From: Phycisphaerae bacterium
Lineage (GTDB): Bacteria; Planctomycetota; Phycisphaerae; JAAYCJ01
DNA length: 64,000 nucleotides
Assembly (NCBI GenBank): GCA_041658725.1
Contig: JBAZZQ010000003.1
Location: 22,903-86,902, forward strand
Reading direction: 5' to 3'
The position numbers were made by a program, and so were the translations under genes. Below the pieces are notes generated by a model. It had not been told where the DNA came from. It ran no database searches and worked only from the letters and a program-made list of their open reading frames with translations. Positions 58,201 to 64,000 of this stretch are shown piece after piece. The first letter of the stretch is position 1; each line of letters begins with the position of its first letter.

Positions 58201-59613
58201 AAGCCACGAAACCAGATCGTCCGCCGGACGCAATCCGGGAAGCTGACCTGAACCATGAACATTCAGGTTGGCAAAATTAAACTCAAACCGATCGACGGTC
58301 ATCCACGGCCAACTGGATTGCTCGGCCCGAAGGTCAAGCGACCAGTTGAAAGGCACACCAGCGGATTTGGAAAGAAATTCCGACTGCCCGATGTCCACCG
58401 CGTCAGCCTTGACTGACGCCTTCAACTGATACGCCGGCGCCTTGGCGTTCCATTTGAAATCGAATCGGCAGGGACCGGAGATTTTACTTTGCGGACCCAG
58501 ATAATTTTGCGCAGCCGGCAAAAGCAGTAACACCGACGACCCGTCAAACCCACCGGAGACGTTCGCCTCATTCATACTGAGTCCCGTATCGTCAATCCGG
58601 GCCAAAATCGTGCTTCGGACCTCCAGGGCGGAACTATTGATTTGAAGCTTTTCCAGCGAGAGGTTGCCCGTCACCGGATCATGGCTCCCGGTCGTTACCA
58701 GCCGCAATGGATCGATGCGCGTCGATTTTACCGCCCCACGCCTCTGAATTTCCAGCCCGCGAAACGTAGTATCTAATTGCCAGTTAAAATGCAAATCGGG
58801 AAATATTTTAAATATTAACGACCCGCCGCTTAACCCCTGCAATTTTGTCAAATCAAAGGCTTCGACTTTCTCCAGCCGAAGGGCGCCCAGGTTCACATCT
58901 TTCCAGACGCTCTTGATCGTACCGGCGAAACATTTTTGATCGTTTTGCTGGATAATTTGCATTTGACCATTAGCGGAAAAACTCCCTGCCTGGATCATCG
59001 GCGAAGTTTTGTCCGCACAATAATCCAGCCGGGCATCACCGGAAAAAGTCAGGGTTTGCTTTTGTGCCTCCACGACCAGCGTCGAGGGGAAAATGATATT
59101 ATTTTTATATCCATCGGGCCAATTTAACCGAATCGCCAAATCGGAAATTTCTACCCGGCGGATTGGGAAATTGGGTGGATTCGTATTTCCGTTAAAAATG
59201 GAAAACAAAGGAATTTCCGATCCCTGAGCCAGTTCCACCGTTACCCCATCCAGTTTGACACCAGTAAGCTGCCGCCCAAATAAAAAACGGATCGGCTCAA
59301 ACGGAATCCGAATCAGGTTTATATGAAGACTGGAATCGTTTTGTTTCGTCTTTAAATCCAGACCGCCCAACTCAAATCCCGATAGCCAGCCAAAATGAAC
59401 ATGCTCCACCCGAACTACGCTTTGGGTCTGCCCAGCCAGCCTATCGAGCAGAAGTTGCCTGACCTTATTTTCCGGAATGAGCGTAGGGCCAAGAATCCCC
59501 AAAATAATCACTATCGCCAAAACGGAAAGCACAACACGCAAAACTTTCCTGCGGCGACGAGATCGAGAAATTCCCTGACCACTGCCATTTTCCAGCCTTC
59601 GGATCATAAGCAA
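55234..59613 (-). CDS. AsmA/TamB-like giant envelope protein (N-terminal TM anchor, 1459 aa)
   Basis: N-terminal basic segment plus a TM helix, followed by a long beta-rich sequence. Overall it resembles AsmA-like/DUF490 proteins. Confidence 0.5.
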   Translation of the reverse strand: MLMIRRLENGSGQGISRSRRRRKVLRVVLSVLAIVIILGILGPTLIPENKVRQLLLDRLAGQTQSVVRVEHVHFGWLSGFELGGLDLKTKQNDSSLHINLIRIPFEPIRFLFGRQLTGVKLDGVTVELAQGSEIPLFSIFNGNTNPPNFPIRRVEISDLAIRLNWPDGYKNNIIFPSTLVVEAQKQTLTFSGDARLDYCADKTSPMIQAGSFSANGQMQIIQQNDQKCFAGTIKSVWKDVNLGALRLEKVEAFDLTKLQGLSGGSLIFKIFPDLHFNWQLDTTFRGLEIQRRGAVKSTRIDPLRLVTTGSHDPVTGNLSLEKLQINSSALEVRSTILARIDDTGLSMNEANVSGGFDGSSVLLLLPAAQNYLGPQSKISGPCRFDFKWNAKAPAYQLKASVKADAVDIGQSEFLSKSAGVPFNWSLDLRAEQSSWPWMTVDRFEFNFANLNVHGSGQLPGLRPADDLVSWLDSIRRLGQIEMIAETSKIEKVGDNIRPLKSIFSTVNLAGPVSFRIEYNGQEDIGRTDVKLELASETSLSYKDWFVKPIGQKAEFFLQTFWPERSDQPQMWCNFTGKCGRGQIANRKPAKLVWAFSKDQNSRFLLDFVSDLSGDIHGLENLISLSPKLKQTGWAKRFGGDADMKMSSAVQLALTDSGWTPRQVRLHTEVGADNTRIDFPEVFYKSSGIPLFGSLDYKFNSDHRRHALDGVLKWQDLVSQLAVTRTSTGGEKGDQISGRYEIQIGDLNKTIAAFPGLSKLLHNHVNADGKLTASCNWSSDSSGDSIQWKIDSTDSGIVFDGRELKLPGIPATFTGGLTLPRPEDGEGPTFKISALESRFGQSFLKLKDQGSFKIRNVSGSKWLKMLGVEPWLAWRTGPIEKLDFDVSGRIAADNSLFAINPSLEQLIQKYGLSGWTDFDVQTIVKNNHLETHISSRLDNLGVIYKNILNKPLGISGVFDLNLDAWTDARDPRIYYCLVDAIRFQLGPIKCAGRGNARIYWSNDKQMKLNDGMVQLNLDPVDLSELSGISGIASRHRTGGQVSARLTLEKENQKDRFGPSFVKFDQASAQLAKQPVMLNGLIHFSGDYCSCDKFEMSAGRSNLQADWQTLFAHGGLNGTVGITTKYTDVEQLKTMLQTTADEFFPSTVSSVPPMPTTQTDLLRQQELMKKLQPLRKIAEKSNLLVSMRADSMDVVDPRSGILNQLSSFLFQLDIGKSEPQNPVTGDLKFWSMVSGGTISGKFTADLTHENPSMVLGSSIDEIRATTAFKPIVENFFPGLYVTGTISIMEDNTTGKMFTTPQTAPNYPVGDGKMVFVDGYLEGRAAPEWITNIFPGLNLTRYSFTRMHNWFSKRASGVVHNNMIFLGQPWNIYIEGNSLPGGRIEYEIGVDLLARYESEYWSSVGQGRIPMFTTTGLIVKGKMENQVIKYVPPHELAYRVFVKNNAITGAYRLLLSHLNKRR

Positions 59614-59844
59614 TAGATTGTATTAACCCCCGATGTATTTCTCAAGGTTTTCCCCCGCTGATAACGCGTTTCTCGCGCTTCGCGGGTTGGACATTCAGCG
59701 TTCGTCATTCGACATTTTCTTTTCTGGAAAATCCCCACACCGGATTTGACATTTCATTTGATTGTCATTACCCCAACCGAAGAGGAAATTTGTCATCCAC
59801 AACATTTGACAATATCTCGTGGATTGTTCATACTTACTTGTACG

Positions 59845-60450
59845 ATGGATAAACCAAAATTGATTTTAGCTTCAGCTTCACCTCGACGGCGAGGGCTTTT
59901 ACAAGAGGCCGGATATCGATTTGAGGTTATTCCGTCCAATGCTGACGAAGAACAACTTATTGAAGAAACGGTATCCCCCAGACAGGTCGCCGAAAAGTTG
60001 GCTTACCACAAAGCCAAAGACGTGGCGGATCGTTTATCAAATTCTGCCGTGGTCCTTGGGGCTGACACCATTGTGGTTTGCGAAAATCAGATACTCGGTA
60101 AAGCCCGCGATTCCGATCATGCTCGGCAAATGCTTTATATGCTCTCCCGGACGCATCATTGTGTGATAACAGGAGTAGCCCTGGTGGAAACGGGCACAAG
60201 TCGGCAATTAACAGATTCGGAAATATCCTGGGTCACCATGCGCCCGATGAGTGAACAGGAGATCGACGATTATATCGCCAGCGGCTCCTGGCAAGACAAA
60301 GCCGGCAGTTATGCCGTTCAGGAGGGCGCGGATAAGTTCATCGTCCGTATCGACGGCAGTTACACAAATGTAGTGGGTCTGCCGATGGATCTGGTCGGGC
60401 GGATGTTGAAACCATTCAGAATCGAAAGTGAGAGAAGGACAGAAACTTGA
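59845..60450 (+). CDS. maf: Maf-like nucleoside triphosphate pyrophosphatase
   Basis: KLILASASPRRRGLLQEAGYRFEVIPSNADE. The start is taken at the ATG at 59845. Confidence 0.85.
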   Translation: MDKPKLILASASPRRRGLLQEAGYRFEVIPSNADEEQLIEETVSPRQVAEKLAYHKAKDVADRLSNSAVVLGADTIVVCENQILGKARDSDHARQMLYMLSRTHHCVITGVALVETGTSRQLTDSEISWVTMRPMSEQEIDDYIASGSWQDKAGSYAVQEGADKFIVRIDGSYTNVVGLPMDLVGRMLKPFRIESERRTET

Positions 60451-61211
60451 AACTACCTAAAATTGTCGCGCACCGCGGAATAAGCAGTTTATGGCCTGAA
60501 AATAGTTTGATCGCTTTTCAAAAGGCGATAGAGCTGGGCGCCGATAGTGTCGAGTGCGATGTGCGTCGGACACTGGATGGAAAACTGGTGGTTATACATG
60601 ACCCGATGATTGATCGAACGACCACCGGAACGGGTCTGGTTTGTCGGATGACGCTCGATCAGATTCGGCAATACCCGTTGACCATGCCTGACGGGCAGGA
60701 GGGGAGTCGAATCTGTAAAGATCAGAAGACTCCGACTTTTGATGAATTTCTGGACCTGCTAGGACCAGCCGGAGTGGAATTGCGGATCGAGATTAAAGAA
60801 GCAGGTTTTGAAAAAAGTCTGGTTGAAAAAATTACGGATCATCATTTACAGGAACGGGCGACCTTGATTTCATTTTTACCGACAGCCCTCAGTATGGTCA
60901 AGCAAACGAATCAGTCCATCAAAACCTCTTTACTGACGCACCAATTTACTAATGTCCAATATAATCCGATACGGCATTTTCTGAATGGGGTGGATATTGA
61001 ATTTGGTTCGGAACTGAATTTGGATATGTATAATCAGGCCCGTCGGGATGGCTTAACGTTGGATTTCTGGACGATAGATGACCTGGACCCGTTTCGCCAA
61101 GCCCTGAAGTGGGAACCGGATTACGTAACCAGTAATTTCCCCCAGCGATTGATGAAAGAATTGGGGCGGACCGTGCCGGATTGGGCGACGGAGCCTGGTG
61201 TTAGAAGTTAA
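60447..61211 (+). CDS. Glycerophosphodiester phosphodiesterase
   Basis: IVAHRGISSLWPENSLIAFQKAIELGADSVECDVRRTLDGKLVVIHD is the GDPD catalytic motif. Overlaps the maf stop. Confidence 0.85.
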   Translation: MKLPKIVAHRGISSLWPENSLIAFQKAIELGADSVECDVRRTLDGKLVVIHDPMIDRTTTGTGLVCRMTLDQIRQYPLTMPDGQEGSRICKDQKTPTFDEFLDLLGPAGVELRIEIKEAGFEKSLVEKITDHHLQERATLISFLPTALSMVKQTNQSIKTSLLTHQFTNVQYNPIRHFLNGVDIEFGSELNLDMYNQARRDGLTLDFWTIDDLDPFRQALKWEPDYVTSNFPQRLMKELGRTVPDWATEPGVRS

Positions 61212-61287
61212 TGATTGACAAAACTCATCGAATTTACCCCCATCTGCCGATTATAATTACCATAGTGTAAACCTCTACGGAGATAAT

Positions 61288-63069
61288 ATGCCCAGAGAAA
61301 AAGGGATACGAAATATATTCGCGCAAATCGTCCTGGCGGCAATCCCGATCGTGTTGCTGGCTTTGGCGGGGCGTGTCGTATACATCAACTTGAAACTGGC
61401 TAACACCCAGAAACTACTGGAACGAGCCGATCATCAGCAGCAGGCATTTATACCTTTGCCCGCCGTTCGTGGAAAAATTTACGACCGACGAGGACGAATC
61501 CTGGCGGGTACAAAAATCGTTCCTTCCCTCTTTGCCGATCCCGCCCTCAACGACGATAAAATCTTAACCGCGGACGTGGTGGGGCAGCAGTTATCTATCA
61601 GCAAAGAATTAATTATTGATAAACTTAACAAAGACCCTTCGTCTCACTTTGTTTGGCTGGCGCGCGGTATCAGTGCTGACGACGCGGATGGTTTTTCAAA
61701 AGAAATTTGCAAAAAATTGGGATTGGGCATTTTTTACGAGCCGAAACGGATTTATACATCCGGAACGCTGGCAGGGCATGTTCTTGGATCTGTGAATATT
61801 GATGGTTGGGGCCAGGAAGGAGTTGAACTTTATGACAATAAAACACTCGCTGGGCAGGATGGGTATGAGCATTACATCCGCGATGCGGCTCGACGAAAAA
61901 TATGGCTTATAAACTCTCAATGCAGGTCGCCGGTTAATGGACAAAATATCATTCTTAGCATTGATTCGGTTGTGCAGCAATTCACACAGAAAATTTTGGG
62001 TGCGACCTGTGAGCAATACCGTGCCGAATCGGGTGTTGCGGTTGTGATGGACCCTCGGACCGGTGAAATTTTGGCTTTGGCAAGCTGGCCTGAAGTTGAT
62101 CCTGGCAATTTCGGTAATACCCCGCCCGATAAGCGTCGGAATCGAGTTTTGACTGATCCGTATGAACCCGGAAGTATTTTTAAACCGTTTATCGCCTCGC
62201 ATGCCCTGGAAGATGGCGTTGTAAAAATGGAGGATACCTTTTTTTGCGAAAATGGAGCCTATACCGTAGGCCGTCGCACGCTGCATGACGCTCATAAAAT
62301 GGGAACGCTGACGTTTCCGGAGGTCGTGATTCTTTCCAGCAACATCGGGATGGCCAAGATCGGTCAGCGGATGGGAAATGCGCGGCTTAACCATGCGGTG
62401 CGGTCTTTTGGATTTGGCAGAAAGACGGGAATCGATCTTCCGGGTGAGGATTATGGATTGGTCTGGCCGGCGGCCCGATGGACGAGTTTTAGTACGTGCA
62501 GCATTCCCATGGGTCAGGAAATCGCCGCCACGTCTTTGCAACTGGTGACGGCGTTTGCCGCCATAGCCAATCATGGAACACTGCTTCGCCCAAGACTGCT
62601 TCTTGCCGCCATTGACGAACGCGGCCAAGTGACCAAAGAACGGACAAAACCCGAGGTGGTCAACCAAGCCATTAAACCCGAAATTGCCAAAATTATGGTC
62701 GAACAGATTTTGCGCGGGGTCTGTGCGATTGGCACGGGCAAGAAAGCGGATATCCCCGGTTACCAGGTCTTCGGAAAAACCGGTACCGCTCAGATTGCCA
62801 AGTCGTCCGGAAAAGGAAAAGGGCATTTCGAGGAAAATGCGTATGTCGCCAGTTTCATGGGCGGAGCCCCGGCGAGTAATCCGCAGGTGGTCGTGATTGT
62901 CAGCATTCGTCGGCCTGATAAAAAAATCGGTCATTACGGCGGGACTGTGTCGGCTCCGGCGGTGAAGGAAATATTGCAGTCATATTTTGATTATGAGCAA
63001 ATCCCACCGGTGGAAGCGGTGGACAATATGACAAAAAAAGCGGAAGAAAAAGGGGATTTTGGATTTTAG
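61288..63069 (+). CDS. ftsI: Penicillin-binding protein, class B transpeptidase (FtsI/PBP2-like)
   Basis: N-terminal TM helix, SXXK (GSIFKPF), SSN and KTGTA motifs. It is immediately upstream of murE. Confidence 0.8.
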   Translation: MPREKGIRNIFAQIVLAAIPIVLLALAGRVVYINLKLANTQKLLERADHQQQAFIPLPAVRGKIYDRRGRILAGTKIVPSLFADPALNDDKILTADVVGQQLSISKELIIDKLNKDPSSHFVWLARGISADDADGFSKEICKKLGLGIFYEPKRIYTSGTLAGHVLGSVNIDGWGQEGVELYDNKTLAGQDGYEHYIRDAARRKIWLINSQCRSPVNGQNIILSIDSVVQQFTQKILGATCEQYRAESGVAVVMDPRTGEILALASWPEVDPGNFGNTPPDKRRNRVLTDPYEPGSIFKPFIASHALEDGVVKMEDTFFCENGAYTVGRRTLHDAHKMGTLTFPEVVILSSNIGMAKIGQRMGNARLNHAVRSFGFGRKTGIDLPGEDYGLVWPAARWTSFSTCSIPMGQEIAATSLQLVTAFAAIANHGTLLRPRLLLAAIDERGQVTKERTKPEVVNQAIKPEIAKIMVEQILRGVCAIGTGKKADIPGYQVFGKTGTAQIAKSSGKGKGHFEENAYVASFMGGAPASNPQVVVIVSIRRPDKKIGHYGGTVSAPAVKEILQSYFDYEQIPPVEAVDNMTKKAEEKGDFGF

Positions 63070-63113
63070 ATTAAAGAGCCGCGACCGTAAGGGAGCGGGT
63101 ATGGAGTTGGGTG

Positions 63114-64000
63114 ATGTTGGCCAGAGAGTTGATTCTTAGGGCTTTGAATTTGTCCATGCCCACAGGCGTGGAAGATTTCGATGTTACCGGTATAACCGCA
63201 GATTCACGACAGGTGCAACCCGGTTATATTTTTGTCGCCGTGGCGGGTACAAAATTTGACGGAGCAAATTTCGCCTGCCAGGCAGTGGAAAAAGGGGCAA
63301 GGCTTGTCATCAGTCATCGCAAAATTGAAAATCTACCCCTGATCGTAGCGGAAAAGGTCAATCTGGCTCTGGCGAAAATGGCTTGGGCGTATTATGGAAT
63401 CGACGAACTGCAAACTCAAGGAAAACTATCCCTGCATGGGGTAACCGGGACGAATGGAAAAACCACGTTTTGTTACATTTTTCAATATCTGGCCAATCAG
63501 TTCGGACGTAAATGCGCCCGATTTGGCACGATCGAGTATGATTTAATCTCCAAACGGCATGAAGCCTCGCATACGACCCCCGACACAATGCAGTTGGCAA
63601 GTTTGATCCGGCAGGCTTACGACAATGGCGCCGACAGTATCGTCATGGAAGTTTCCAGCCATGCCCTGGATCAAGGCCGGGCGGCGGGATTGAAATTTTC
63701 CACCGCCGCTTTTACCAATCTGACCGGCGATCATCTGGATTATCACGGAACGATGGAAAATTATCTTTCCGCGAAATTGCTATTATTTAAATCGCTGCCC
63801 GCTGACGGGTCGGCCATCGTGAACATTGACGATCCTGCCGCCAAAAAAGTTTTACAGGCATGTTCGTGCAAAAAAATCAGCTATGGAATTGATAGCAATG
63901 ATGCGGACCTGGCGGCGAAGAATTTGGAATTAACCGCCGCAGGAACGAAAGGGACCATTCAATTTCATGGCCAATCGGTTCCGTTCAGTTCCCCCTACAT
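63114..64000 (+). CDS. murE: UDP-N-acetylmuramoyl-L-alanyl-D-glutamate--2,6-diaminopimelate ligase (MurE), 3'-truncated by window end
   Basis: GITADSRQVQPGYIFVAVAGTKFDG...GVTGTNGKTT (P-loop)...DNGADSIVMEVSSHAL. GGAG RBS. The open frame runs to position 64000. Confidence 0.8.
   Translation, partial: MLARELILRALNLSMPTGVEDFDVTGITADSRQVQPGYIFVAVAGTKFDGANFACQAVEKGARLVISHRKIENLPLIVAEKVNLALAKMAWAYYGIDELQTQGKLSLHGVTGTNGKTTFCYIFQYLANQFGRKCARFGTIEYDLISKRHEASHTTPDTMQLASLIRQAYDNGADSIVMEVSSHALDQGRAAGLKFSTAAFTNLTGDHLDYHGTMENYLSAKLLLFKSLPADGSAIVNIDDPAAKKVLQACSCKKISYGIDSNDADLAAKNLELTAAGTKGTIQFHGQSVPFSSPY

Overview
This 64 kb window is a dense bacterial chromosomal segment. I infer a PVC-superphylum organism (Planctomycetes/Verrucomicrobia/Lentisphaerae-like) from a DUF1559 H-X9-DG prepilin-like protein, a PEP-CTERM protein and dockerin-bearing surface proteins.

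Layout:
- 0-35.4 kb: a glycan-utilisation locus. It encodes a GH38-like, GH2 beta-mannosidase-like, GH35 beta-galactosidase, GH42-like and a six-hairpin GH63/GH37-like enzyme. It also encodes a Gfo/Idh/MocA oxidoreductase, a sugar isomerase/epimerase and a LacI-family regulator, plus a CUT1-type ABC importer with a fused solute-binding-protein::permease gene. Embedded in it is a tandem array of three paralogous secreted proteins (1365, 274 and 1129 aa). They share five copies of a ~220-aa LamG-like module and differ in C-terminal anchoring: LamG/Ig (gene A, 9366..13463), PEP-CTERM (gene B, 15088..15912) and dockerin (gene C, 16041..19430). A segmental duplication has left a decayed second copy of the lacI gene.
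- 35.4-37 kb: a graveyard of gene fragments (alpha-glucan phosphorylase-like and P-type ATPase C-termini).
- 37-43.5 kb: a hybrid sensor kinase, a REC-PP2C regulator, an RNase II-family nuclease and a cardiolipin synthase.
- 44-45.9 kb: a translationally coupled TspO-photolyase pair.
- 45.9-49.5 kb: a degraded integrative island at tRNA-Asp. It carries an IS4/IS1380-like transposase stub and a truncated tyrosine-integrase C-terminus whose breakpoint coincides with a palindromic TIR-like unit. Between them sits a four-gene minus-strand operon: pRiA4b-ORF3-like, an unknown 250-aa protein, a GIY-YIG DUF123 protein and DUF362.
- 49.6-64 kb: housekeeping genes (rimO, pgsA, pgpA, ubiD, an AsmA-like giant protein, maf, a GDPD, ftsI, murE partial) interrupted by an IS5/IS1182-like transposase stub.

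A MITE-like element (TIRs plus a 7-bp TSD) lies between the first large surface-protein gene and lacI. No CRISPR array or rRNA was seen.
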